NCBI GenBank assembly: GCA_052279835.1 | Contig: CP181291.1 | Span: 1,920,001-1,984,000, forward strand | DNA from: Microcoleus sp. | GTDB lineage: Bacteria > Cyanobacteriota > Cyanobacteriia > Cyanobacteriales > Microcoleaceae | Reading direction: 5' to 3' | DNA: 64,000 nt | Part shown: in pieces, positions 49,289 through 61,018 of the stretch | Layout: each line of letters starts with the position of its first letter | Position numbering within the stretch: position 1 is the first letter of the stretch | Program-made: the position numbers and the translations under genes | The notes under the pieces: model-generated | Seen by the model: only the letters and a program-made list of their open reading frames with translations | Told to the model about the DNA's origin: nothing | The model's database searches: none

Positions 49289-52200
49289 TTAATTTTCCAC
49301 AGCCCCTAAAGCTTTGAGCGTGCATTTTTCAACTTCCGTTAAACCCGTAACACCTGTGATATTCATCCCCTCATAAGGTCGATAGCTTTTCAGTATTTTG
49401 AGGCACTCACCAGTCTCAAAATCCCAAAGTATAATTGTGCCATCACGACAGCAAGCAGCAATAATTTTTCCATTTGAACTCAAAGCAATAGAGTTAATTC
49501 TACTGGTATGACCTGGCAAAATTTTGAGACATTCACCTGTACTGATATCCCATAATCTTACCGTTCCATCGACACTTCCACTCACAACTATTTCACTAGA
49601 AGAACTAAAGGCAAGTGAACGTATCCAATCAGTATGCCCCTGCAAAATTTGGAGGCATTCACCGCTGCGGACATCCCATAGTCTTATTGTTCGATCGACA
49701 CTTCCAGTGGCAAGTATTTCACCATTTGGACTGAAGGCGATCGCGCGTGCCCAACCCGTATGCCCCCGTAAGATGTGGACACATTCACCAGTATGGATAT
49801 CGCACAGCCTCACCGTTCCGTCAAAACCTGCACTGGCAAATATCTCGCCCAAAGGACTGAAAGCAGCCGAGTTTACAGAATTGTTATGCCCGTCCAACGT
49901 TTTGAGGCATTCGCCAGTACCGATATCCCACAACCTCACCGTTTGGTCATAACCTGCACTAGCAAGTATTTCACCCGAAGGACTGAAGGCGATCGATCGT
50001 GTTTCATTGCCAAATTCTGGCAAAGTATGAAGGCATTCACCACTGCGAATATCCCACAGTTTCAGTGTTTGGTCGTAACTAGCGCTGGCAAGTATTTCAC
50101 CCGAAGGATTGAAGGCAACTAAGTTTACCCGATCGAGGTGTCCGCGCAAGATTTGGGGGCATTCATCACTGCTGACATCCCACAGCTTGACTGTTTGCGC
50201 GTCATCGCCGCTGGCAAGCATTTCACCGTTGGGACTAAAGGCGATCGACCTTACTTGATTGCTATGCCCTTGCAGCGTATTCAAGCATTCACCGCTGTTG
50301 ATATCCCACAGCTTCAGCGTTTTATCGTAACTGCCGCTAACAAGTATTTCACCGCCAGGATGGAAGGCGATTGACCCTATTCGATCGTTATGTTCTTGCA
50401 AAGTATTCAAGCATTCACCGCTGTTGATATCCCACAGTTTTGCTGTGCGATCGTGACTGCCACTTGCAAGTATTTCGCCCGAAGGGCTAAAGGCGATCGA
50501 CCGTATTTGATCGAAATGTCCCTCCAAAGTTTTGAGACATTCACCGCTGCTGACATTCCACAGCTTCACTGTTTTGTCGCCACTCCCACTAGCAAGTATT
50601 TCACCACCGGAATTGAAAGCCACTGAAAACACGTTTTTAGTATGTCCCTCCAATATTTTTAGACATTCACCACTGTGGATATTCCATAGCCTTACTGTTT
50701 TGTCACCGCTTCCACTGGCAAACATTTCACCAGCAGGATGGAAAGCGACTGAAAACACATTTTCCGTATGACCGTGCAAAATTTGCAGGCATTCACCCGT
50801 GCGGATATCCCATAACCCGATGGTGCGATCGAAACTCCCGCTAGCGAGCATATTTCCATCAGGATTGAAGGTGACAGACATTACTGATTCGGTATGTCCC
50901 TGCAAAACTTTTAAACATTCACCAGTCTTGATATCCCATAACTCGATCGTTTTGTCATAACTCCCACTAGCAAGGATTTTACCGTCAGGACTGAAGGCGA
51001 CGGACTCCACCACGTTGGTATGTCCTTTACAGGTCAATATTTCTCTGCAACTGCTAGCTTCCCACAAGCGAACTACTCCATCAGTATCACCTGTAGCTAA
51101 CAGTTGGCCATCAGGACTAAATATTACTGACCGAACACCGCCGAAGATTTTAGTAAAAATAGAATTAGTCAAGTTGGATTCAGCAAAATTGACGCGGCGC
51201 AGACTAGCATTTGTCAAATCAGCACCTAAAATAACTGCACGAGAAAGGTCTTTTGCTTCTAACGCAGTGCGATCGATTTTCACCAACAGCGTCGCCGCAT
51301 TCCCTCCCACATAACCTACCTCAATTTCAGTTTTTCCCCGCGTTGCTTCCACAATTTCCAATAATTCCTCCGTAGCTGCCCCTACATCGAGGCAGGGCCG
51401 GCACGAGGACACCGCCCCTACCATTGGTAACAACAAATCCATCACTGCTTTTGTCAACGGCGCGTGTCCGAAACTCTGACAAAGTTGCCCTAAATCTTCC
51501 GCAGCAAATCCCTTTAAAGGCGCGATAAGTTCACCCTTATTTCTCTTCTGCGCCTGAAGCCGACAATAATTAGACCAAGTGTATTCTTGAGGCGCTGCAT
51601 TAGGATCTAAACAAGATTGTTCCGGCGCAACTAATTCAGTAAAATCTGCCGCCAAAACTCCCAATTCCGCTGCAAATTTATAAGCTACAAAAAACTCTAA
51701 TAATGAACGGTGCGCCGGAGTATAATCGCCATCGGCATTGCGGATTAGCATGGTTTGACCCATCATGTCATAATGCCAGTGGTCTAAGTCTTTTTCCTCT
51801 TGGACGACAGAACCAAACAGGCCGCGAATGCGATCGGGAAAACCGCGATAATTGAGGCTCATTTGGTCGGTAGACAGCATTTCCCAAGACAATTCGCACA
51901 AAAAGTAAAGCTTATCTGCTAGCGAAGTAAAAGTCCGTTCAGCTTTGATATCTCTCTCTATCTTCCGCCGCACTGCATACAGATAGATCCGCGACATATC
52001 GACTGGTTTGCCTGCTTCAATATCGGGCAATGCTTCCAAAATTAACTCAGTCATCACCGGGCGGCGCGCTAAATCTAATAGTTGCGGGTTTCCCATCACT
52101 TTTTCGACAGTAGCCGCTTCTGTTTGAAATGACAGCGCTTGCCCAATTTGTTCGTCGTTAAATTTCTCTAATTCTAAGACTTCAAATTGGGGAGTTTCGC

Positions 52201-53785
52201 CTGTTAAAATAGTTGTTGATGCTTGCAGTTCTGCATTGAACAATGCCCGTCCTTCCTTGCCTTCGGGAAAGTGTTCGGTGCGGCAAGTTAAGATGACTTT
52301 TGCGCCGGGAACTACGGCTTTTGCTAGTTCCCAGAAGTTGTTGATGGTTTCTTGCCGATCGCACTTAGCGGCCATTTCATCAAAACCATCGAAAATCAAC
52401 AGAAACTTGCCCATGCGATTTAGCTGTTCAAAAGCTGAATAACCAGCCAAAGGTATCTCGTGTTTCCGAAAGAAAAACTCGGAGAATAGCGACTCCACAC
52501 TAACTGCTTTGGCGTAATCTCGCAGCGGAATTACTAACGGCAACCGCGGACGTTGCAAGCCGCCTTTTTTAGCTTTTTTGTAGCGTTGCAGCGCCATCCA
52601 AGCATAGTGCATCGCAAACCAAGTTTTCCCCGTCCCAAATTCTCCTAAAACTGAAATATGTTCTTTTACGGGGTCATCCAACCACAGGTCAATATAACCT
52701 TCAATCCAGCCATCTCCCTCGCCATAATGACTCACTCCTATTTTGCGGTGAGTATCGGGGTCAATTTCTTCTTTTGTACAAGCTAGGGGGACGTATTTTG
52801 TATTAATTTTTCGGCTGGTAATTTCTGTCTCTAGCCAATCGAGATAAGCGGTAAAATCGGCATCTTGGTCGAGCAATTCATCGAAAGTATAGCAAGCTAA
52901 ATCGCGATTTTCATCTTTCTTTACTTCATCCCGCGCGGCGCTACTGATGCGGCGGGCGGTGACTAACCAGCCTTCATCGGTGCGCTGTTTTTTCACCGAT
53001 TCGCGCAAGGCTAAGATGTCCTTGAGTCCGGCTTCTCCGGCAATTCCGCGGACTAAAATGCGATCGTACCGATTGCGTCTGACGGGAACATTGATAATCC
53101 ATTCAAAATAATTATCTTCCCAAATTTCATATTTTTCAAATTTATAACTTAAGGTTTCAAACCAACCGCGAACTTGTTGTGATAAAATAAAAGCTTGAGA
53201 CTTTTGAATATTCGTTGATGCTGCTGCGGGAAGTGCGGGAACATCTTCCGTTTCCAACCTGGCAAATTCGGTGCGAATTCCTTCTATGGTGGGAAGACGT
53301 TCGATGCGATCGAGTACCAGAGATAGGCGTTTTTGCAAGGAAGCGATCGCATTTCCCACCATCACATCTCCCAGCGTCCGCGTCCGCTTTGCTACTTCCA
53401 TAAACACGGCCGCAAAAGCCATGAATTCCCGTCTGGGGTCAATCCCTAAATCTCGAATTTCTTTACCTAAAGCAGACTCATTGAGATAATCTTCCCCAGC
53501 TTTAATTAAAATGGCTGGGCTATCGGACTCGAAAGCTTTGCGAAATGCCTGTTCAATCTCTGTTTGGCGAAATAGTTCTAAAATCTGTTTGGGTTTGCCA
53601 GCGCCGTATTCTACTAAAGTATAAACATAAACTCCGCTAAAATCTGCGGGCGGAGCATCAGGGTCGAGGTTAAATTTTTTTAATAATTTAATGACACTTT
53701 CGTTGCGCTGAAGCTTGTCTCTGAGGGTGCCGAAGGGAATTGCTGTCAGGAGACTGATAACTAAGTCGAGACTAATTGGGATCAT
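49289..53785 (-). CDS. NACHT (STAND) NTPase with pentapeptide and WD40 repeats
   Basis: Walker A GEFGTGKT, Walker [24 protein letters not shown]; ~14 WD40 repeats; [12 protein letters not shown]-terminus. Confidence 0.93.
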   Translation of the reverse strand: MIPISLDLVISLLTAIPFGTLRDKLQRNESVIKLLKKFNLDPDAPPADFSGVYVYTLVEYGAGKPKQILELFRQTEIEQAFRKAFESDSPAILIKAGEDYLNESALGKEIRDLGIDPRREFMAFAAVFMEVAKRTRTLGDVMVGNAIASLQKRLSLVLDRIERLPTIEGIRTEFARLETEDVPALPAAASTNIQKSQAFILSQQVRGWFETLSYKFEKYEIWEDNYFEWIINVPVRRNRYDRILVRGIAGEAGLKDILALRESVKKQRTDEGWLVTARRISSAARDEVKKDENRDLACYTFDELLDQDADFTAYLDWLETEITSRKINTKYVPLACTKEEIDPDTHRKIGVSHYGEGDGWIEGYIDLWLDDPVKEHISVLGEFGTGKTWFAMHYAWMALQRYKKAKKGGLQRPRLPLVIPLRDYAKAVSVESLFSEFFFRKHEIPLAGYSAFEQLNRMGKFLLIFDGFDEMAAKCDRQETINNFWELAKAVVPGAKVILTCRTEHFPEGKEGRALFNAELQASTTILTGETPQFEVLELEKFNDEQIGQALSFQTEAATVEKVMGNPQLLDLARRPVMTELILEALPDIEAGKPVDMSRIYLYAVRRKIERDIKAERTFTSLADKLYFLCELSWEMLSTDQMSLNYRGFPDRIRGLFGSVVQEEKDLDHWHYDMMGQTMLIRNADGDYTPAHRSLLEFFVAYKFAAELGVLAADFTELVAPEQSCLDPNAAPQEYTWSNYCRLQAQKRNKGELIAPLKGFAAEDLGQLCQSFGHAPLTKAVMDLLLPMVGAVSSCRPCLDVGAATEELLEIVEATRGKTEIEVGYVGGNAATLLVKIDRTALEAKDLSRAVILGADLTNASLRRVNFAESNLTNSIFTKIFGGVRSVIFSPDGQLLATGDTDGVVRLWEASSCREILTCKGHTNVVESVAFSPDGKILASGSYDKTIELWDIKTGECLKVLQGHTESVMSVTFNPDGNMLASGSFDRTIGLWDIRTGECLQILHGHTENVFSVAFHPAGEMFASGSGDKTVRLWNIHSGECLKILEGHTKNVFSVAFNSGGEILASGSGDKTVKLWNVSSGECLKTLEGHFDQIRSIAFSPSGEILASGSHDRTAKLWDINSGECLNTLQEHNDRIGSIAFHPGGEILVSGSYDKTLKLWDINSGECLNTLQGHSNQVRSIAFSPNGEMLASGDDAQTVKLWDVSSDECPQILRGHLDRVNLVAFNPSGEILASASYDQTLKLWDIRSGECLHTLPEFGNETRSIAFSPSGEILASAGYDQTVRLWDIGTGECLKTLDGHNNSVNSAAFSPLGEIFASAGFDGTVRLCDIHTGECVHILRGHTGWARAIAFSPNGEILATGSVDRTIRLWDVRSGECLQILQGHTDWIRSLAFSSSSEIVVSGSVDGTVRLWDISTGECLKILPGHTSRINSIALSSNGKIIAACCRDGTIILWDFETGECLKILKSYRPYEGMNITGVTGLTEVEKCTLKALGAVEN

Positions 53786-54008
53786 TTAGGCTTTCCTCTT
53801 TATCGGTGGGAGTCATTCTCGAATCTCAAAATCGCAAACTGCTCTAATTTTATGTTAACGCATAAGCCCACGGTTAGACACACATAATTATAAACATAGG
53901 CTGCTGTATACTATAAAGTAGGGAAAAGCGCCCTGTCCGATTGCGGTAACACTCGGACAAGACGACTACTCCAAATGTTGAAACAACCAACAAGGGAGCA
54001 TATTAATT

Positions 54009-54242
54009 ATGTCACAACCTCGGTATAATGAAGAAACAAACGAGACGCGCCATGCAGCTACAAGCGAAGAAGCTTGCACTAAGATGGAAGAAAAATACGG
54101 TTGGCAGCTTAAAAATGTAGAAGAGACTGGCAATTCTATTTTGAGTGTTGATTGCATTTTTGATGGAAATTGCGAGTTTCCACCGTCGCCAATGGACTTG
54201 AGTCAAGGTGATTACCTGAAGGAGAGAAAAGGAGATGCGTAA
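54009..54242 (+). CDS. Small hypothetical protein
   Basis: Overlaps the next gene; KYGW.L..VE...ILSVDC.F pattern. Confidence 0.6.
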   Translation: MSQPRYNEETNETRHAATSEEACTKMEEKYGWQLKNVEETGNSILSVDCIFDGNCEFPPSPMDLSQGDYLKERKGDA

Positions 54243-54717
54243 ATACATTATTTTCAGAGCCCAAAAAGGTGAACTGGAAAAATACCGTTCACTCACTGAA
54301 ACTAAAGTTGGAGAAAGCTTTTACCGAGTAGCTAATGTAGGCTCGGTTAAGTCATTGATTTGGACATTAGCTGAACATTATGACTCTAGCGATCGGCCAT
54401 CCCCAGCAGCGGGCTATCGTTTAACCGAAAGCGTAGTTATGCCAAGTGCGATCGCCCCAACGTTTCCCACTGCATCAACTCATTTCAGAGACAGTGGCTG
54501 GGAAGTTGTGAAAGTTCACGAATACACCCCTGAAATTCCGGCCCCCTATGGCGCAGAATTTGACTCAATTTGTATCTGCTATTGCGCCTATAAGCCAATA
54601 GAAAATGCTCCACTCAAACAATACCAGCGATCGCCTGTCACCCTTGATTCATTCGGAGGCGATCGAGCTGCTTACGATCGTTGGCTAGAATCCCAAAAAC
54701 TACCTGCTGAAGTTTAA
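54235..54717 (+). CDS. Cyanobacterial hypothetical protein
   Basis: MRKYIIFRA, LAEHYD, W.V.KV.EY.P, ICYC.Y.PI; GGAG RBS before ATG. Confidence 0.7.
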   Translation: MRKYIIFRAQKGELEKYRSLTETKVGESFYRVANVGSVKSLIWTLAEHYDSSDRPSPAAGYRLTESVVMPSAIAPTFPTASTHFRDSGWEVVKVHEYTPEIPAPYGAEFDSICICYCAYKPIENAPLKQYQRSPVTLDSFGGDRAAYDRWLESQKLPAEV

Positions 54718-54923
54718 TGAACAGGACTGACTGGCGGGAGAGTATAAACCAGTTTTTTGACTCCTAATCCGTCAGTCAGATTAACATTTTTCACACAATT
54801 TAGCAACTATAAAAACGAGAAAAAACCGACACATATAGTAGTAAAATAATCTCTAATATTAGTTGTTATCTCATGGTTGCAAAAGTTAAAATATAGATAA
54901 CTTACAAATAAAAATTGCTATCT

Positions 54924-55280
54924 ATGAAAATACAATCTTCCGTCTTAGTCCACCTAGGATTTGGCAAATATGTGCGATCGGACCGAGTAACAGCAGTCAT
55001 CCCAATCGAAGAAGAACGCGGCCCCGGACGACGGACTTTCGTGCACATAGACGGCGAACCAGACCCCATCGTTGCTTCCCGCGCTGAAGACACAATTATC
55101 CGCGATTTGGTGCAAGAACCGCGCGAAATTACTCAAGCTCGCCAACAACAGGAAATCCTCCAAGATTTGCTGGCTGATTTGAGCAATGTCAACGTCACCG
55201 TGCGTCGCATTAGCCGCGATGAAGGTGGACTAGACCTCGAACGTTTAGAACGTCGGATTCGCCAAATCTTAGAAGCCTAA
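54924..55280 (+). CDS. Hypothetical protein, weak resemblance to RemA/DUF370
   Basis: LVHLGFGKYVRSDRVTAV and GRRT.V motifs. Confidence 0.55.
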   Translation: MKIQSSVLVHLGFGKYVRSDRVTAVIPIEEERGPGRRTFVHIDGEPDPIVASRAEDTIIRDLVQEPREITQARQQQEILQDLLADLSNVNVTVRRISRDEGGLDLERLERRIRQILEA

Positions 55281-55409
55281 ACACAAAAGACCGCCCGTGC
55301 GGTCTCCCTCCCAAAGCCACCTAATTTATCTTCTCTACTCTCTTAGTCCGCCCAGGCGGACTTTGTTTCTGTAGGCGCGAATTATCTTCGCCGGACTTGA
55401 TTTGTGTAG

Positions 55410-56378
55410 TTACAAAGTCTCCTTCAAAACAACTTTGATATCCGACAAACCCGTAAGTTTTTCCGTCACAGGTTCCTCTTCAACGCGGGGTACAAACACA
55501 GTTAACCCCCCCGGTACACACTCGATCGACAGCGGTGTCATGCCGATAATTTCCCCATCTAAAACAACTTTTTGAGGTGGATCGGTAGTAATTTTGATTT
55601 TTTTGGCTCGCATATAACCTATGTCATCCCGATCGCTCGCATTCCCAGTCAAAGCAGTTTGCAATAGGTGATAAGAAGCTGCGATCGCCCCAGCTTTATT
55701 CACAGGTGCCACCAGAGTCACATCCAGCAAACCATCATCAAAAATAATCCCCGCCGGCCCTTGAGCTAAAATAGAAGTAGGCGGCGCGGCATTCGCCACC
55801 GTAACAGCCACAGCAGTAACACTGACGATCTTATCTTCTGTTTCGATTTCCGCTTCAAACCTTTCTAAGTTATTTAACTGTTTAATCCCCGACAAAACAT
55901 AAGCCAACATTCCCCAGCGATTTTTCATTTCGCGATCGGCTAATTCCACAGTTTCCGCCTCAAAACCAACTCCCGCCAACAAAACCATCGGCAGTTCACC
56001 GTTACAAATACCCGCATCCACCACCCGCGTTAAGCCTCCCACAATCGTTTCGCAGGCCGTTTGAATTGTATTCGGCAGATCTAAAGCATTGGCAAAAGCA
56101 TTCGCAGTTCCCCGCGAAATAATGCCCAAGGGAATATTTGTGCCGACAATCGCACCGGCAACCGCCGACAAAGTACCATCACCACCGGAAGCAATAATGG
56201 ACTCAACGCCTCTAGAAACCGCTTCTAGGGCAATTTCGGCCGCATCTAATTCAGGTGTGGTCAGCCGAATATCCAAGTCGATCTCAGATTCCAAAAGTTG
56301 CTGAATTAAAGCTAAATCTTGGTCGGGATCGCTTTGACCGGCAGCGGGATTAAAAATTAGGCAAGCAGAACGTTTCAT
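55410..56378 (-). CDS. YegS/DAGK family lipid kinase
   Basis: IFNPAAG, SGGDGT, GTANAFA, AGVGFEA, DDGLLDV, LDGE. Confidence 0.92.
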   Translation of the reverse strand: MKRSACLIFNPAAGQSDPDQDLALIQQLLESEIDLDIRLTTPELDAAEIALEAVSRGVESIIASGGDGTLSAVAGAIVGTNIPLGIISRGTANAFANALDLPNTIQTACETIVGGLTRVVDAGICNGELPMVLLAGVGFEAETVELADREMKNRWGMLAYVLSGIKQLNNLERFEAEIETEDKIVSVTAVAVTVANAAPPTSILAQGPAGIIFDDGLLDVTLVAPVNKAGAIAASYHLLQTALTGNASDRDDIGYMRAKKIKITTDPPQKVVLDGEIIGMTPLSIECVPGGLTVFVPRVEEEPVTEKLTGLSDIKVVLKETL

Positions 56379-56633
56379 AAATAATTCCTAACAGGTAAGT
56401 AGAAGGAAGAAGTCACCCCCTTCCAGCCCAGGGCTGTTTCATTCTCCGAAAAACAGGGATGAGTTAAGGGTAGTACCTTTCTTTGCCTACCCCGCCCAGC
56501 CCCCCGTGCCTGCCCCCCGTGCCTGCCCCAAGGGGGGAGAGGGAATCGGGGAAATTCAGGAAGTAAAGAGGAAGGAAGAAGTCGCCCCACTCTGCCTACT
56601 CTCCTGAAGCAGAAGCTAGTTCTAAAATTTTAA

Positions 56634-57362
56634 CTAAGACTTGACAAAAGTCCACTCCAACAATTTTTTGGGGGCTTTATGCAAGGCTTCTTTAATTTCC
56701 TCGTTGCTGTCAAACTTGGCTTGATTCAAATAGGATGCTTCCACATTCACAGTAAACTTTTCTTCGCCAAAGGGCCAAGGAGTTACTGTCAGAAGTTCGT
56801 TGCTATGTTGCACAACATCGTACCGTTGGCCGTCAGGACCGACGCTAATTTCTAAAGCTCGTTCTCCAGCGGGTAACTCCCGGCAGCACAGAATTAAAGA
56901 TAGCCGATCGCACCACTGGAAAAAAGCATAAGCTGACTCAGCATCCTCCTTTTTAATCTTCAACTCCTTGCGCCATTTTTCTTGATTTTCCAATTGTTGA
57001 TCCAAAAACTCGTCCAGTTCCTTCAACTCTCCCCGCTTTCCTTCAATGAGATAGCTCATGTGCATAGAAATCAGCAGGGCTACCCACCTACCACGATATA
57101 GCGCATTCTGCGTCATGGCTTTGAGTTTCGGCACACAAATTTCCGTTTGTAGCGTAAAGTCCAAGGGCGCGCCCGCCTCAGTTAAGATGTCTTCTTCCCA
57201 CTCTTTTTCCAAATCGTCGTGATGGGAAATAGCTGCTATGGTTTCGTACAAGCGAACGGGAGACTCAGAACGTTTCCACTGTCCGCCAAGTTGCGCCGCC
57301 AGCAAAGCATGGGCGCGGTGATAAATAATTTCCCAACCAGTGGCGGTTAAGTTAGCAATCAT
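56634..57362 (-). CDS. DUF3891 family protein
   Basis: MIAN....GWEII...AHALLA, HDD, GAPLDF, LLISMH, CDRLSL.LC, V.PWPF. Confidence 0.8.
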   Translation of the reverse strand: MIANLTATGWEIIYHRAHALLAAQLGGQWKRSESPVRLYETIAAISHHDDLEKEWEEDILTEAGAPLDFTLQTEICVPKLKAMTQNALYRGRWVALLISMHMSYLIEGKRGELKELDEFLDQQLENQEKWRKELKIKKEDAESAYAFFQWCDRLSLILCCRELPAGERALEISVGPDGQRYDVVQHSNELLTVTPWPFGEEKFTVNVEASYLNQAKFDSNEEIKEALHKAPKKLLEWTFVKS

Positions 57363-57564
57363 GACAATTTTATCCTTAGTAAGCTGGATTTTTTGTGGAC
57401 ATAATCGATCGCACTTCGATGAGACATCTGGCACAATTCTGACGGGATAGGCATCAGTCCCCTAGACAGCCTATTTACCAGATGTCAGCTTGATTGTTGA
57501 GCAGCAACTGTGTTAGTAATGCCCAAGGCCCAGATGAAAAAGCACCCGGAGTGATGGATGGATG

Positions 57565-59166
57565 CTAAATCACAAAAGGTTCGATCGCACTATCCTGCCA
57601 CTTCCCGCCAAATCGTTCCGCCACCAAAGGTCGGACTCGGAACTTGGGCGGGGACCCATCCAAAACATCAATCCGCAAACACGAATAAGGACGGCGTTTC
57701 TGGGAACCTTGACCGCTGCGGCCGACATATAGCAAAGATTCCGCTACCGGGTGGCCGACTTTTTTTCCCTCCGCCGATCGCGCCAACTGATACACTGGAT
57801 AACCGGAAGCTTCCTCCAACACTGGCCCTTCGACACGCTGACGACGCAGACTGTGCCCGCTTCCCCCACAGATAATCCAATTAATATGAGAATCAGCGTG
57901 CCCGGTATCCCCAGTCCGCAGGTATTCCAGACAATGAGCGTGGCCAGTCAGCACTAAATCTACTAACGGACGCCCCCGCAACCCATCCCCAACTTCCCGC
58001 GCCACCGCATCGAATACCTCCCGTAAATGCCACCGAACAGCCAAAGTTTGAGCTTGATTCCACTTGGTCGCCTCAGTCACGTAGGGGGGATGGTGCAGGT
58101 AAATTACGCGCCCCCGCACCTGGGAATCAGCCCAAGATGCAATCAAACCTCGTTTCAGCCATTCGAGTTGTTCAAAGTCAGTAGCCGCGGTTTGGTCCGG
58201 GGAGAGTTGTTTGTCAATATCCATCAGCATTTCGTCAACTTGCGTTAATTTGGCACGCAAGTCATCTAGCTGTTCGGCTTCCGACGGAATTTCCGGCTTC
58301 AGACGAGCGGAGGTTTCCAGCATTTCGGTTTTTTCTTGCTCCAATTTCTCCCTTTCTTGTGCCAAATTCCGGCGGCGAAGGTCGCCCTCTTTGGTTTTTG
58401 GGAGTGGCAAAGGTTCGTTAAAGGTGTTGGAATCGAGAGCAAAGAAGTCAATGCCACCACTGCGGAAACTGTAGTAACGGTTGGGTAAGCGGGTAAAGCG
58501 TCCTGGTTGGTAGCGCAAGCAGCGGCCGGTGTTGGTTTGAGCCGTGTAGTGGGTGTCTAGGTGGCGATCGAGTTCTCCCGGCAGTTTGTGAGCTTGCAGG
58601 TAGTCGAGAAAGGCTTTAGCATAGGCATTGCCGCGATCGGAACCGTGCCAGCCTACATCCAGATCTAACTTTGAGCCTAACAGGTGGCGCAGTGGCTGTG
58701 CCGTAGCCGAGAGAATGCCGTAGACGAGGGGTAAGTCGTAATAGTCGTGATTTCCCGGTACTGGTAGGAACGGAAAATTGAATATCATGCGATCGTAGGC
58801 AATCCGAGATGGCGCATCGCCACCCACTAGAAACTCGCGATAAGGGCGAATGAAGTTTTGCAAATAGTATTCGCTGGAACCGACTAGATAAACGACATCG
58901 CCTGTATGCAGCAGGAAACGGCAATTTTGGCGCTCGTGCAGCATCAGTTCCGCAACTTGGCGCTGGGGGTTGTGGCCCCGGTGGTTGCCGGTGCCGCTGT
59001 CCCCTGCTACTAAAAACGAAAACTCTGGATCGTCTGGAACTCGATCGTCCAAAATTATCTTAGTTTGGTCGATCGCCCGATCGGCGATCGATTTATCTTG
59101 CCACCGTACCCGCTCTTTCATCTTGCGGACTTTTACCGAAATTGGCGGGTCGGACACGAATTTCAC
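57565..59166 (-). CDS. Calcineurin-like metallophosphoesterase
   Basis: GDSG, HTGDVVY, PGNHDY, LDSNT, HHPPY, GHAH, GGSG. Confidence 0.9.
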   Translation of the reverse strand: MKFVSDPPISVKVRKMKERVRWQDKSIADRAIDQTKIILDDRVPDDPEFSFLVAGDSGTGNHRGHNPQRQVAELMLHERQNCRFLLHTGDVVYLVGSSEYYLQNFIRPYREFLVGGDAPSRIAYDRMIFNFPFLPVPGNHDYYDLPLVYGILSATAQPLRHLLGSKLDLDVGWHGSDRGNAYAKAFLDYLQAHKLPGELDRHLDTHYTAQTNTGRCLRYQPGRFTRLPNRYYSFRSGGIDFFALDSNTFNEPLPLPKTKEGDLRRRNLAQEREKLEQEKTEMLETSARLKPEIPSEAEQLDDLRAKLTQVDEMLMDIDKQLSPDQTAATDFEQLEWLKRGLIASWADSQVRGRVIYLHHPPYVTEATKWNQAQTLAVRWHLREVFDAVAREVGDGLRGRPLVDLVLTGHAHCLEYLRTGDTGHADSHINWIICGGSGHSLRRQRVEGPVLEEASGYPVYQLARSAEGKKVGHPVAESLLYVGRSGQGSQKRRPYSCLRIDVLDGSPPKFRVRPLVAERFGGKWQDSAIEPFVI

Positions 59167-59250
59167 GCCACTTCATCTCCCAAATAGTTGAATTCCTAGT
59201 TAATAGTGCGACGAGCGAGGGAGTTTTTGCATCTCTCTAAAAGCAGAAAA

Positions 59251-59367
59251 TTGACTCAAGCAGATATTACTTTAACTCAGAAGGAAAAGCTGAAAATTCA
59301 TAAAGTAGTCCAGCAACTTTTGTCAACCCTCAACCCAGAAAAATTACTGTGAGATTGGCACCGCAGG
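59251..59367 (+). pseudogene. Remnant resembling the C-terminus (DUF3387) of type I restriction subunit HsdR
   Basis: Manual translation LTQADITLTQKEKLKIHKVVQQLLSTLNPEKLL*DWHRR. Confidence 0.45.
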
Positions 59368-59632
59368 AAGCTGACTTTCCACCATCCCAAAGCTTTTGTC
59401 GGCTTTACTGTAATTCAAGATACCGATCGCCTCTGTTTGACCCCTGGCCACAAATCTCGAAGTTTTAATGTTTTAAATTTCCTCTCTCCCCCTGTCTCCC
59501 CCCTTATCGCCTTCTGCCTCTGTCTCCCTGAAATGCGAGCAGTTTTGATTGATGAATCATGGCACGATCGCAGCGCATTTTGATACCATTCAATCAAACG
59601 GAGGAATCAGGGAATGCACGGGAGGTGCGTAA

Positions 59633-61018
59633 ATGGAACTCTTTGGAGAACAAAAACGGTGCTTGGATTGCTTAGTCACGTCGATCGAACAATTAGGAGG
59701 TCGAGTAGACGTTCCCAAGCTTGAGCAGATAGCAGAGCTCATCATTCAAACGATGAGGGGGCCTTGGCGCTATTTTCACACGTCGGAACATATTTTTGAG
59801 GTCGGGGGGTCTGTCGATCCGATCGAAGTGTTGGCGGCGCTATTTCACGACCTGGTGTACGTGCAAGTCGATCAGGGAGTAAATTTTAATATCAGTAGCG
59901 CCCTTTGTCCTTTTGTCAAGGAGGTGCGATCGCAGTTAGTGATTAGGGATGAAGCCGAACTCCCCAACGATGCTATGTATAAGCTCGTGGCGGCCGTATT
60001 TGGGTTTGTCCCAGGTCAAACTCTCTCTCCTTTTGCCGGTCAAAATGAATTCTTGAGTGCGGTGATTGCAGGGAAATGTTTGGAACCTTTTTTGCTTCCT
60101 AGGACGATCGTTCAGATTGCAGCCTGCATTGAAGCTACTATTCCTTTTCGTGGAGTTTCGCCCAGTGGCTTAAGTGCGATCGAACTTTTGCACCAGCGTT
60201 TGGCCAATGTAAATCGCGATTTTAATTTAGGATTAACAGATGCAGAACTATGCGAAATTGTCAAGCGATCGGTCAGATTAGCAAATCGCGATGTCGAGAA
60301 TTTTGCCTCTCCCAATTCCTCTAACTTCTTAGACAATACTTGGAATTTGATGCCCGAAACCAACCACGAATTGAGCAACGTCAATTCCTATACTGTGGGT
60401 GGATATCGCCGCTCCTTGCAAAAAATGGAAGGGTTTTTGAATTTCCTCAAACCCGAACTGGTTTTTCAGCAGTTCATGGAAGAACCGGACGATGAAACCT
60501 ACACTAACATGATTGCCCGCACCAGAAAGAATATTGCAGTTGCCAAACTGTATTTGGGTATCAAGCTGATTACGATCGCTATTTTAGAAGCCCTTTCCTA
60601 CCGTTTGGGTCGCGACATTCCCCTTTCTACTATGATGGGAGAATTACGCGCACCGGGCTTTACAACCTCTGCCTTAGAGGATTACTTACCAGAGCGCAAT
60701 ATCGCCTATCCTCTCGAAAATCAGTTACAAAAACAAGTTTTAGATTTGTTAGAGATAGGACGCAATCAAGAATCTCCCTATGATATTAAAAACTCCCCTG
60801 TTTCTACCTTTATTATCAAATCTATTGGCTTTGCAGAAACTGACACTTTTTTGAAAAAAGCTCACGATTTTTTCGCAGGTCATATTTCTTCAGAAGAACT
60901 TCTATCCTCCTGCGATGCTGAGGTTATTGACACCATAGCATCCGGAGTTATGAAACTTTTTGATAGTAGAAAGATGGCTTTAGGGAAAGTTCAATTAGCA
61001 CATAAGGTGATTTCTTAG
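59633..61018 (+). CDS. Conserved hypothetical protein, HD-like
   Basis: RYFHT..H, LAALFHD, QNEFLSA, IEATIPF. Confidence 0.7.
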   Translation: MELFGEQKRCLDCLVTSIEQLGGRVDVPKLEQIAELIIQTMRGPWRYFHTSEHIFEVGGSVDPIEVLAALFHDLVYVQVDQGVNFNISSALCPFVKEVRSQLVIRDEAELPNDAMYKLVAAVFGFVPGQTLSPFAGQNEFLSAVIAGKCLEPFLLPRTIVQIAACIEATIPFRGVSPSGLSAIELLHQRLANVNRDFNLGLTDAELCEIVKRSVRLANRDVENFASPNSSNFLDNTWNLMPETNHELSNVNSYTVGGYRRSLQKMEGFLNFLKPELVFQQFMEEPDDETYTNMIARTRKNIAVAKLYLGIKLITIAILEALSYRLGRDIPLSTMMGELRAPGFTTSALEDYLPERNIAYPLENQLQKQVLDLLEIGRNQESPYDIKNSPVSTFIIKSIGFAETDTFLKKAHDFFAGHISSEELLSSCDAEVIDTIASGVMKLFDSRKMALGKVQLAHKVIS

